Of a stretch of 64,000 nucleotides of DNA, positions 16,278 through 25,900 are shown one piece after another. How positions within the stretch are numbered: position 1 is the first letter of the stretch; the number at the start of each line of letters is the position of its first letter. Below the pieces are notes generated by a model. That model saw only the letters and a program-made list of their open reading frames with translations. It did no database searches and was not told the origin of the DNA. Source of the DNA: a virus; the IMG/VR virus record IMGVR_UViG_3300011113_000664, positions 32,001 through 96,000 of that record. The stretch is one strand, 5' to 3'. The position numbers and the translations under genes are program-made.

Positions 16278-16386
16278 TGCTTGTCTTTCCAAGCGGTCAT
16301 CTGTTTTCCCCTATTAGCCCAAATCATCAAAGGGGTATGAAATGGATTTTGTTTGGTGCTTTCGCTTTCCACAGAAAACCAACACA
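16278..16386 (-). ncRNA. Structured intergenic RNA candidate
   Basis: GC-GAAA-GC, CCCCT/AGGGG and GCTTG-GAAAGA-CAAGC hairpins between tRNA-like genes. Confidence 0.45.
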
Positions 16387-16387
16387 G

Positions 16388-16485
16388 TAGCCTCGCTAGG
16401 AATCGAACCTAGAAGAATTGCTTCTCTCTCCATTCCTCAGAATGGAATGAGAAGGCAATCAGTATATCCATTTACTTACAAGGCC
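16388..16485 (-). ncRNA. tRNA-like RNA with anticodon arm extended into a long hairpin
   Basis: Acceptor GGCCTTG/CGAGGCT, D arm AGTA/TACT, T arm CTAGG-TTCGATT-CCTAG; 43-nt arm in anticodon position. Confidence 0.75.
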
Positions 16486-16490
16486 ATTAG

Positions 16491-16574
16491 TATCAGGAGA
16501 GGGAGTCGAACCCTCACGGCATTGCTGCCAATGGATTTTAAGTCCATAGTGTCTACCTATTCCACCATCCCGAC
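16491..16574 (-). tRNA. trnL: tRNA-Leu(UAA), no encoded CCA
   Basis: Full cloverleaf, ATGGA-CTTAAAA-TCCAT, long variable arm, GTTCGA T loop; TATATTTG promoter at 16592-16599. Confidence 0.92.
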
Positions 16575-16637
16575 ATATTGTTTTCACAATTCAAATATAA
16601 GACTTTTTTTTGATTCTAACTATTTAAAGAAAAAAAG

Positions 16638-16979
16638 ATGAAAAAAGTTTTAGTTACTGAATCTCAATTAAGAACAATGGTTCGTAAAATGTTAATGGAA
16701 CAACCTGCAATGGGTGGTACACCTGTTGGTGGTACAGGATTTGCAGGAACTTCAAGTTTAACAACTAATGCTGCTAAACAATCTACCACATTACAATCTC
16801 AAAGAAATAAACAACAACAAACTACGTTATCAAATGTTAAAAACCTTAATCAACTTAACGGTCAGTTTTTAAACTTAATGAATGGTGTTAGTAAAGATAC
16901 ACTTGGTCCTGGAAAAATGACTAAACAAACTTTGATTACTAATTTTGGTAAATTACTTACAGATTTAGGTTATAAGTAA
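16638..16979 (+). CDS. Leader-cargo protein (diverged leader MKKVLVTESQLRTMVRKMLME)
   Basis: Shared leader; late motif ACTATTTAAA 16619-16628. Confidence 0.8.
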   Translation: MKKVLVTESQLRTMVRKMLMEQPAMGGTPVGGTGFAGTSSLTTNAAKQSTTLQSQRNKQQQTTLSNVKNLNQLNGQFLNLMNGVSKDTLGPGKMTKQTLITNFGKLLTDLGYK

Positions 16980-17647
16980 TCAAAACTATGACCATTATGG
17001 ACAAATGGTAGATTTTCCCCATCCTTAACGCAGGATACATTTGCAAATATTGTTTTATATTCTACAAATTTAAATGTACCATTATTTAGATTATCTTGAT
17101 TATCATGGATATGACCAAATATGTGATATTTAGGTTGTATCTTTAATACTCTTTTAAGTAATGCAGAACAACCTACATGTTCACTTACATGTCTATCTCT
17201 TGATGCGGAATCTAATATACCTTTAGGAGGACCGTGTGTAATTAAAATATCAATATCATCAGGTATTGTATCCCAAATTCTTCCAATTTTATTTCTTGCA
17301 CGATTAAATGCCCAATTACAAAACTCAGGAGTATAAGGAGAACCAAATATTTTAATTCCTTCTATCTCAACTAATTCATGTTCAAGATAAATAATATTTC
17401 TATTTTTAAAATCTTCTTTGTTAATGAATCTACTTTCAATAGAAGTATCATGATTACCTGCAATAATCACTTTATATTTAACAGGTTGTTGTTCTAACCA
17501 AATTAAAAATAAATTAACTTCATTATGATTTAATGCAGGACTTTTTACATTTGAAAAATCTCCTGCATGAATAATCATATCCGTACCTTCAGGTATTTGA
17601 ACCTGCTCATGTCTTCCATGAGTGTCTGAGACTGCAAAAATTTTCAT
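16970..17647 (-). CDS. Calcineurin-like metallophosphoesterase
   Basis: SDTH, HAGD, AGNHD, THGPP, FGHIH; leaderless after TATATTTG. Confidence 0.92.
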   Translation of the reverse strand: MKIFAVSDTHGRHEQVQIPEGTDMIIHAGDFSNVKSPALNHNEVNLFLIWLEQQPVKYKVIIAGNHDTSIESRFINKEDFKNRNIIYLEHELVEIEGIKIFGSPYTPEFCNWAFNRARNKIGRIWDTIPDDIDILITHGPPKGILDSASRDRHVSEHVGCSALLKRVLKIQPKYHIFGHIHDNQDNLNNGTFKFVEYKTIFANVSCVKDGENLPFVHNGHSFDYL

Positions 17648-17690
17648 AAAGCAAATATAACTTAACTATTTATAAAAAAATAAAGTTTTC

Positions 17691-17933
17691 ATGAAAAAAG
17701 TAAGAATTACAGAATCTCAATTAAGAGGATTGGTTAGAAGAATGATTAAAGAAGAAAGATATCCAAATATGTGGTATGATAATTTATTAGGTGTAGAAAA
17801 TTTAAATAAATATCCACAAGATTTTATTGATTGGTTAAATCAAGAAGATACTTGGGCTGAGACTTATGTTCAAAAATACAGAATAAAAAAACTTATAGAT
17901 TTATTTGATATGTGGGTTAATGAAAGATATTAA
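17691..17933 (+). CDS. Leader-cargo protein 1
   Basis: MKKVRITESQLRGLVRRMIKEE plus unique cargo; ACTATTTATA at 17665. Confidence 0.85.
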   Translation: MKKVRITESQLRGLVRRMIKEERYPNMWYDNLLGVENLNKYPQDFIDWLNQEDTWAETYVQKYRIKKLIDLFDMWVNERY

Positions 17934-17938
17934 ACCAT

Positions 17939-18001
17939 TTAAAACGGATTACCAATATACTCAACAACTTCATGAGTATCTGAGATTGCAAAGATTTTCA
18001 T
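17939..18001 (-). other. Duplication-junction chimeric mini-ORF MKIFAISDTHEVVEYIGNPF
   Basis: In-frame fusion of phosphoesterase N-terminus and PcfJ-like C-terminus; retains TATATTTG promoter. Confidence 0.8.
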
Positions 18002-18042
18002 AATGCAAATATAAATTAACTATTTATAAAAAAGAAATTTTT

Positions 18043-18627
18043 ATGAAAAAAGTAAGAATTACAGAATCTCAATTAAGAGGATTGGTTAAGAAAATGATTA
18101 AAGAAAATGTAGAAACATCAAGTATACCCACAATAATTAAATATTATAACCAAAGCGATAATAATACACTTAAACAAAAAATATCAAATTATGGTAACTC
18201 AAGATTGCCTGAAAATCCTAATCATAAACAGTTATATGATTTTTTAAATAAAATTGGTGATAAGAATAAATTAGAAATTATAAAAAAGATGTTAGAAAGG
18301 GATATTCAAAAGAAATCTATCACAGAATCTCAATTAAGAGGAATTGTTAAAAGAATGATTAAAGAAGAAATGTCTGAAGAAATATTAACTGAGGGAAATT
18401 GGTCAAAAATTATGAAAGGTGTAAGAAATGGGGAAGCCCCTTTTTCAATTATTGCATTTGAAAATAATTGGCCTAAACCAAAAATTTTAGGTCAAGAAAT
18501 TGGTATTCAAATTATTGATGCAATACCTGCTTATTATGAAGAAATGAAAAGAAAATATCCTAAAGCTAGTAAAATTTCTATTGAAGATGGGGGTGGGCAA
18601 GTTGTTTATGTAGAAAAACTTTATTAA
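18043..18627 (+). CDS. Leader-cargo protein 2 (two leader copies)
   Basis: Leader at N-terminus and internal KKSITESQLRGIVKRMIKEE. Confidence 0.85.
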   Translation: MKKVRITESQLRGLVKKMIKENVETSSIPTIIKYYNQSDNNTLKQKISNYGNSRLPENPNHKQLYDFLNKIGDKNKLEIIKKMLERDIQKKSITESQLRGIVKRMIKEEMSEEILTEGNWSKIMKGVRNGEAPFSIIAFENNWPKPKILGQEIGIQIIDAIPAYYEEMKRKYPKASKISIEDGGGQVVYVEKLY

Positions 18628-18686
18628 AACGGATTATCTAAATACTCAACAACTTCATGAGTATCTGAAATTGCAAAAATTTTCAT
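18624..18686 (-). other. Duplication-junction chimeric mini-ORF MKIFAISDTHEVVEYLDNPF
   Basis: Second copy of the same junction. Confidence 0.8.
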
Positions 18687-18729
18687 AATGCAAATATAAC
18701 TTAACTATTTATAAAAAAATAAATTTAAT

Positions 18730-19389
18730 ATGAAAAAAGTAAGAATTACAGAATCCCAATTAAAAGGATTGATTAGAAGAATGATTAAAGAAGAAACTAA
18801 AAAAAACTTAATAAGTGAAGTTTATTTTAGTGATACTGATAGAGCATATATAGGTAGAACTGATGCTTATTATTCAGATGAAGACGATGAATCGGTATAT
18901 TCACCTGATTATTGGACATATTCAACTGATATGAATGATAGTGATTTTGCACAAGATGGTGACCTTTATCAATTAAGTAATGCTGGTAAAGAAATTATTA
19001 ATTCTTGGTTGGAATATAAAGGGTACAATGAATACCAAAGAATGAACGCTAGAAGGAGTGGTGCATCTAATCCTATTATGAGTATGAGTAATGAACAATT
19101 GTGGGATTATTTAACAACAGACAGAAGATATTCAAAGCAACTTAGAAAGGGATATATTGGAGAAGAAATGGAAATGTCTCAAAAGCCTGAAAAATTTATG
19201 AGTTTAAAAATAAAAGGTAATAAAATTATGGCTCACGAACCTTATTTTGGAAAAGATACATGGGTTGCAAGCATATATCATGACCAAAAAAGAATTAAAC
19301 CTACTCATGGTTATTTCATGCCTCATAAATATGGCAAAATGAGTAAAAAATATGCCGATAGTATTGGTTATGAATTTGACAATAGTTAA
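18730..19389 (+). CDS. Leader-cargo protein 3
   Basis: MKKVRITESQLKGLIRRMIKEE plus unique cargo; ACTATTTATA at 18704. Confidence 0.85.
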   Translation: MKKVRITESQLKGLIRRMIKEETKKNLISEVYFSDTDRAYIGRTDAYYSDEDDESVYSPDYWTYSTDMNDSDFAQDGDLYQLSNAGKEIINSWLEYKGYNEYQRMNARRSGASNPIMSMSNEQLWDYLTTDRRYSKQLRKGYIGEEMEMSQKPEKFMSLKIKGNKIMAHEPYFGKDTWVASIYHDQKRIKPTHGYFMPHKYGKMSKKYADSIGYEFDNS

Positions 19390-19391
19390 TT

Positions 19392-20780
19392 CTAAAACGG
19401 ATTATCTAAATACTCAACAACTTCATAGTTATGTTCACCAAAAGGGTCATTTGTTGACCCTTTTATTTTGCTTATATATTTCTTTTCTTTTTTATTTACC
19501 TCATTTATAGCATCCTGCAACTTAGTCATAAGTTCATTTGGTACACTTGAGTTAGCATAACCTTTGAATTGGTTTATTCTATAAATTTCTTTATTATAAT
19601 CATCAAGCCAATTATATTTACCAAAACTTATTTCAGCAGTATATCTTTTTTCATTATACTCTGTTGTTAAGATACAACAATCGCCTCTATTGATATTATC
19701 TGAATAGGAGTTAACGCAATGCTTTTGAGTAAGTCCTTCAAATAAAAGGTCTTTACCATCTTTAATCATTTTAAATTCTTTTGGTAAATACTTTTCCAAG
19801 ATAAGATATTTATCATCAACATGGATTTCTTTTACTTTCATTTTATCAAGATTTTCCAATAAGATTCTATCATGTTGTTCTTTGATATTATCTTTATTCA
19901 AAGAGAAGTTAATCTTTTGACCAACATCATTTGCCATCTTGATTAAATCATCAAAATATGTTTGATAATCAGTAGTTTTCTTTGCTATGTTTTTATATTC
20001 TAAAAATTTATCAACATAATTGATTGGGTTTTTAAATATAGGTGCAACTGACATTATCTCATAGATATCATCAAAGGATAAACCTGCAAATTGTTTATGT
20101 GATAATGGTTCATCAATTGTTTTAATTTTATTAATAAACTGTTGAAGACTTGAGCAAGAACCATATGATGATTTGGAAAAGTTATTTTGAGAAGTTAATG
20201 CTGTATTATTTCTTGCTTTTTTTCTTTCCAAATGATTTTCACACCACTCATTCTTTTTATTATTAAAAAGAAGTTTTTTACTTAAATTAATAATATCATT
20301 ATTTATATTGATACCAAAATAATTAAAAGGGAATTTTTTAATATTTGATAATGAAAGCCATACTGCTTTATTCGATGTTGGTAGATTAAATTTTATTGCA
20401 CCACTTGGTGAAATAAATACAAATGAAACATTCTTTTTGCTAGGATAGCAGAGATATTCATAACCTTGTTTTCTCATTTGAAGATGTTCACCTGCAAAAG
20501 AAAGTCTTTTCATTTTAAACTGTGTTATAGTTAAAATAATTGAATATCCCTTTTCAGTTACATTGCAAAATGCACTATAAAAAATATTATGAGTATTATC
20601 TTCACCAATCTTTAAATATTTTTTATAATTATTATATCTTAACTCATACTTATTAGTTTCATCAATAATAGTTACATCATCATTAATCGCATTTGTATTT
20701 GCTTCTTTAGCAAAATTATACATGCGACCATAGAGTTCAAAAGCAAGGTCTGAAATTGGAAAACGAAGGTTATTGTTCAT
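19392..20780 (-). CDS. PcfJ-like domain protein
   Basis: LLFEGLTQKHCVNSY, YTAEI, INQFKGYANSSVP; start revised to MNNN, downstream of TATCTTTG promoter. Confidence 0.75.
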   Translation of the reverse strand: MNNNLRFPISDLAFELYGRMYNFAKEANTNAINDDVTIIDETNKYELRYNNYKKYLKIGEDNTHNIFYSAFCNVTEKGYSIILTITQFKMKRLSFAGEHLQMRKQGYEYLCYPSKKNVSFVFISPSGAIKFNLPTSNKAVWLSLSNIKKFPFNYFGININNDIINLSKKLLFNNKKNEWCENHLERKKARNNTALTSQNNFSKSSYGSCSSLQQFINKIKTIDEPLSHKQFAGLSFDDIYEIMSVAPIFKNPINYVDKFLEYKNIAKKTTDYQTYFDDLIKMANDVGQKINFSLNKDNIKEQHDRILLENLDKMKVKEIHVDDKYLILEKYLPKEFKMIKDGKDLLFEGLTQKHCVNSYSDNINRGDCCILTTEYNEKRYTAEISFGKYNWLDDYNKEIYRINQFKGYANSSVPNELMTKLQDAINEVNKKEKKYISKIKGSTNDPFGEHNYEVVEYLDNPF

Positions 20781-20846
20781 AGGATTTTTAAGTTTATGCA
20801 AAGATAAAAAAAGCCTCTGAAATTTTCAAAGGCTTTGTAAAAAAAA

Positions 20847-21053
20847 TTAAACTTTTAATATAGTGTACCTTCTTCTATAGACTAAAACTGAATTTGACCT
20901 TTCATCAAGTTCATAATATCTTTCACCATTTGTGGTAACACAAGAACCTGTAAATTCATCATCTTCTCTTATAAAATTTTTTATTTTGGGTCGAAGATTA
21001 TTTTTTATAATTCCTTGTCTACCTAATATTCTTGATATAGTAAGTAATTTCAT
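20847..21053 (-). CDS. Hypothetical protein
   Basis: ATGA-coupled to upstream gene. Confidence 0.6.
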   Translation of the reverse strand: MKLLTISRILGRQGIIKNNLRPKIKNFIREDDEFTGSCVTTNGERYYELDERSNSVLVYRRRYTILKV

Positions 21054-21601
21054 TCACCTTCAAGCCTTTTTCTTTCGCTTTCTAAATCCCTGTTGATAGC
21101 TTTATCAGTATCAAACTTTTCAGGATAACGAACCATTAGTTTATTAATATTATTTGTTAATGATTGATAGAAGTCAAAGTTAAGATAAGTAGATAGAATA
21201 AATATTTTAATAATTATCATTGGAATATTCTTTTTCGGTTTCAATGATAATTTCATTAAATCAATTAAAATATTTACATACCCTTCATCTGTATAAGATG
21301 GTTTTTGGCTTTCTAATAATGCTTCAGGCATTACAGGTAAAGCTATCTTATTGATTCTGCAATAGTTAACTGCGTAAAAAAGCGTGTCTCCGATTAACTC
21401 TTCTTGAAGATTCACATAATCAATATCCTTTTTATATGCAATCTTTTTCTTATACACATCAATTGCTTCAGCAAGTTCTGTAATCAACCCCATTTTCATG
21501 TGGAGATTATTTAGTTTTTTCTTACCCAAATCAGCGCAAGTTCTTGCTGCAAATTTTTGATACTGCTTTAAAGAAGAGATTTTGTTTTCTAGTTTATTCA
21601 T
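21050..21601 (-). CDS. MazG-like NTP pyrophosphohydrolase
   Basis: GLITELAEAID...EELIGDTLFY, NINKLMVRYP. Confidence 0.8.
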   Translation of the reverse strand: MNKLENKISSLKQYQKFAARTCADLGKKKLNNLHMKMGLITELAEAIDVYKKKIAYKKDIDYVNLQEELIGDTLFYAVNYCRINKIALPVMPEALLESQKPSYTDEGYVNILIDLMKLSLKPKKNIPMIIIKIFILSTYLNFDFYQSLTNNINKLMVRYPEKFDTDKAINRDLESERKRLEGE

Positions 21602-21845
21602 TTTCTTTTAATTTATTTAATACGAAATCAATTGTTAAAAAATCATCCACAATAACTTTTTTAACTTGTTTATCTTTTTTCATATAAACAATATAAAGTT
21701 GGTGGTTTATTACATCGTTAAATATACGACAATAAATTTTATTATCATCCAATTTTTCAGGACTTGTTATTTTATAAAGGGAAGTTGGGGAAACCCAATA
21801 GTATTCCCCAATTTTTATTTCTCCTGAATTTTTTAGTTTTTCCAT
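21594..21845 (-). CDS. Hypothetical protein
   Basis: Translationally coupled in operon. Confidence 0.65.
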   Translation of the reverse strand: MEKLKNSGEIKIGEYYWVSPTSLYKITSPEKLDDNKIYCRIFNDVINHQLYIVYMKKDKQVKKVIVDDFLTIDFVLNKLKENE

Positions 21846-22483
21846 TAAAAACCAAATGCAGCAAGGCTATGTTGAAATGGATTTTCCTCAATGTTTTTAA
21901 CGCACTCAAGCATTTCTGCTACCACTTCTCTTGTTTCTTGTTGAGCATCCGGTTTTAATCTAAGATTACAAAGGTGAACAAATGCTTGAAAAGAACCTGT
22001 CCAAATAAATGTAGTATTCAAATTCAATGGTAAGATTGTTCTTGCCTGTTCTTTTGAAGTTCCAAGTTCAATAAGTTTTTCATAAGCCTTTTTACAACGG
22101 TCAATAATATCAGCTTCAATAATAGAAGCCATTTCTTGGTTCTCAATAACACCTTCACTACCTTGTTTAGAAGATGTAGATTGTTTTCTCCATTCTGTTA
22201 CGGTTGTATATGTATCAGAAAAATCTACATATCTACCTGAAATAGAATTAGCTGCCCAACCAACCTGATGTTTAAATAATTGTCTTTCAACATAGATTGG
22301 ACAATTAATTCTAAATTGTAAAGTACAATGTCTAAATGGTGAAGTATGACCATGTTTGACAAGATAATTAATTAATTTAATATCTTTTTCGGTGAATTCA
22401 TCAACCTGTTTTCCATAACTTACTCTCGCTGTGTTAGTTATGGTCAAGTCACTTCCAAAGTGGGATAGGAGTTCTGCTTTCAT
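21845..22483 (-). CDS. thyX: Flavin-dependent thymidylate synthase
   Basis: ARVSY, GHTSPF, RQLFKHQ...NSISGRY, EQARTILP, LRLKPDAQQE. Confidence 0.93.
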   Translation of the reverse strand: MKAELLSHFGSDLTITNTARVSYGKQVDEFTEKDIKLINYLVKHGHTSPFRHCTLQFRINCPIYVERQLFKHQVGWAANSISGRYVDFSDTYTTVTEWRKQSTSSKQGSEGVIENQEMASIIEADIIDRCKKAYEKLIELGTSKEQARTILPLNLNTTFIWTGSFQAFVHLCNLRLKPDAQQETREVVAEMLECVKNIEENPFQHSLAAFGF

Positions 22484-22532
22484 AATGCAAATATAAAAGA
22501 AACCTCCTGATTTTTCAAGAGTTTTTAAAAAA

Positions 22533-22883
22533 TTAGTTCATAATATTTTCTTTAAAATTTAAAAAACTATTATACAAGTCATTGGTTGTATATTTTTTTA
22601 AGATTTTATATGGTTTTCTTTTGTCGATTTCAATCAATTCAGATACTGACCAAGGATTTGGTATATTAGGTTTGCCTTGTTTATTAAATTCTAAAAAACA
22701 ACTAAAGATAATTGGTTTTTCTGATAAATATGTAAAATGAAATTGTCTTGGTCCAACTTGTTTAAAAGACCAATCTTGTTCTTGGTCTACAATTTGTTTA
22801 ATTTTTCTAACATCTTGTATTGCATCATATGTTGTATATTCCAATTCTTCTTTAATTATTTTTTTTATAATTGATTTAATCAT
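22533..22883 (-). CDS. Late protein with IIKKIIKEE leader
   Basis: MIKSIIKKIIKEELE; late motif CTATTTACA upstream. Confidence 0.7.
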   Translation of the reverse strand: MIKSIIKKIIKEELEYTTYDAIQDVRKIKQIVDQEQDWSFKQVGPRQFHFTYLSEKPIIFSCFLEFNKQGKPNIPNPWSVSELIEIDKRKPYKILKKYTTNDLYNSFLNFKENIMN

Positions 22884-22946
22884 AAATATTTTAATGTAAA
22901 TAGATTAGGATAACAAATAAAATACGCTATTTATGAAAAAAGATAA

Positions 22947-25900
22947 ATGGCTGAAATCTCTCAGGTTTTACAAATTGGTAATAGTAGAAGACCCGAATCA
23001 TTACAAAGAAATCTTTATAAGATTAATTCACCTTATGATTTAACAGATGATGTAGTAACTAAAAGTTTAAATTTACTACAAGCTATAACAGGATATGATT
23101 ATAGAGCAAATCCTGTTGTTGATATTATTGAAAGATTGGTTGATTCTCAGAATAGTGAATTAGTTAAAATAGGCGGTGAAAGATTACTTGTTGAATTTGG
23201 TAGGAGAGCAGGAAATAATGTATTGGGTAAGTTTATACCAAGTCCAACAAACTTAATAGGTGATTTAATAAGTATATTTAAAGGTGATTTTAAAAAAACT
23301 GATGCAAGTATTACCGATTTAAGTAAAGACCCTAATAAGTCATTTTTTGAAGAATTATTTGATTCATTACAAACAAGTATTGGTTATAGAAGTAATGAAA
23401 ACTTTTTAGATAAAGAATATGGTAAACTTGATAATACAAAAACATCTGATGTAAATTTTACTTTTTCAGGTGATATGATTAAAGAGAAAATACAGCAATT
23501 AAATAAAAAATCTGTATTTTCAACTTATAACACTATATCATCAAAAATTGAATTTGAAAAACAATCTTTAGTATTTAGAAATACATATAGTAAAAATTTA
23601 TTACCTACTTTGGAGGTAGAAAACAAATTAACTACAACATTTACAAAAAGTTACTTTCAACCTTTTGTAAAGGAAGATGATAAATTATTAAAAAATTATG
23701 ATTTAGAAACTAAAGGTATAGAAAAAGACCAAGGTTTTGGTTCTTTAGGTAAAATGGATGAATTTAGAACAGATAGAACTGAGTTGACCATACCTAAAAC
23801 ATTATCTGTTGAAAATATTAATACTTATGTTTATGATACAGATACAACAAAGCAAGATAGTCTTAATACAAGATTTGGTGTAAGAAGAGGTCTTGTTTAT
23901 TTTACATCTAAATTAGCAAAAGAAAATCCAACTATTTCACATAATCAAAAATTAATTAAAACTGATACTACTGTTACCCCTAACATTGCTTATTACAAAG
24001 GTAATGGTGAATGTAGAACTTTTACAATTTATGACCAATATGATAATTATGATAGACTTATTAAATTCCTTGGTAATAATGAAAAAAATTCAGTATTAAG
24101 AAATAGTGTTTTACCAAGAATTGCACCAACTGTTGATGATATTGATGCGGATAAATATAATTACTTTTTTACAATGGAGAATCTTGCATTAAAAGATTCA
24201 GTTGATGATTGTGAAAAAGGACCAAACGGTGGTAGATGGATGTGGTTTGCACCATATAATGTAAAAATATCTGATAATAATTCAGTTAATTGGTCTGATA
24301 TGAATTTTCTTGGAAGACCTGAACCAATATTTTCATATCAAAACACAGTAAGAACTTTAAGTTTATCATTTAGTCTATTAATTGATACCGTAAAAGAAAT
24401 ACAAGATATCGAACCAACTATTCAAAATTATTATAATTATCTTTATCAATGTGGATTAATAGCAGAAAAGCAAACAACTAAAAATAATGGAGAAAATATA
24501 GTTCCAACAGGAGAAACTAAACCAAAAAATTCAACAAAAGAAGAAAAGAAATTTGGAAAAAAATTAGAATATTATTTTAAAAATGAAGGTTATGTAATAA
24601 ATTCTATATACCCTGTTTATTCAACAGGTAATGAATTAGAAAGTGCGTCAACAATTAATAATAATTTTGTAAGTGGACTTAATGATGCTGCTGATTTTTT
24701 AGTACAATATATGGGTGATAAAGGTTGTAAAGAAATTACAATGACATTTAATGGTTTTACTACAGGATTAATAACACAAACAGCAACAACTGATTTTGCA
24801 ACGAGTTATAATTATGCATTAGGTATGAGAAGAGCATACAATTTAATGACAACTACAATAGGCAAATATGAATTAATAAAAGGTAATTTACAAAGTATTA
24901 GTTTATCAAATTTTACACCTCCTTTGCCTACTTCTGCTATACCTGATTTAGATACAGGTACAGTTACTGTAAAAGATAAAAAAAGAACATATACTCAACA
25001 ACTTACAAATGGTATAAATATAACAATTGTGCTTGAGTCAAATCCAAATACTCAAGTTGATAAATCAGACCCAAACGAATTAAAGGTTAATCAAGCCAAT
25101 AAAATATCACAGAGATATGCTAAAGTTGAATCAATTGTTGCAATGGTTGAAACTATTCAAGAAGATAGGAAAGTTGAAACTACAAAAGAATTAAATGTTC
25201 CTCCGGTTGTAAATAATGATGAGGTAACACAAAAACCTCAACCTTGTGATGAAGATAAAAATTTACAATTTGAAAGCTTGGAATTTTATAACAAATTCCC
25301 AACAGGATTTGAAAAACTAAATGTATTTACACCATCATTTAATAGTCAAACACCATTTGATTTTACAAAGCGTTATGTGTTTTTACATCAATTAACTAGA
25401 CCTTCAAAATTAAATAATATAAATAAAGCTAATGCGGATAATACTGTATTTGGTAGAATGCCTGTATTTGTTATTAGATATGGTGATTTTATTTATTCAA
25501 AAGCAATTGCAAGGTCAATTAACTTTGATATAAGTGAGTCAACATGGGATTTAAATCCTGAAGGTATGGGTGCTATACCATTGATGTGTACTGTAACAAT
25601 GGATTTAACTCTTATTGGTGGTCAATCTCTTGCAGGTCCAATTGATAGAATTCAAACTGCCAATGATTCTAACTTTATTGCCAATTCTACATTCAATACA
25701 GGTTATTATGCTAACAACAAAACATTTGAAAAGGCAAGACAGCAAGAAGGGGTACAATGGCCTAAATTTGCAAGTGGTGAAAAACCAAATCCTAGAAGAA
25801 AACCTTCTAGTGGAAATAAACCTGAAGATGCATCTCTACAAGGTATTCCAAAAGTAGATGTTAGACCAACGCTTACACCTTTTAAAGCACCTACTCTTGA

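Noticed and set aside
16388-16485. tmRNA or group I intron-containing tRNA
   Set aside because: No G3-U70 alanine identity and no tag ORF; the insert is far too short for a self-splicing intron
16342-16641. Track ORF 99 aa (plus)
   Set aside because: Antisense to the tRNA and tRNA-like genes
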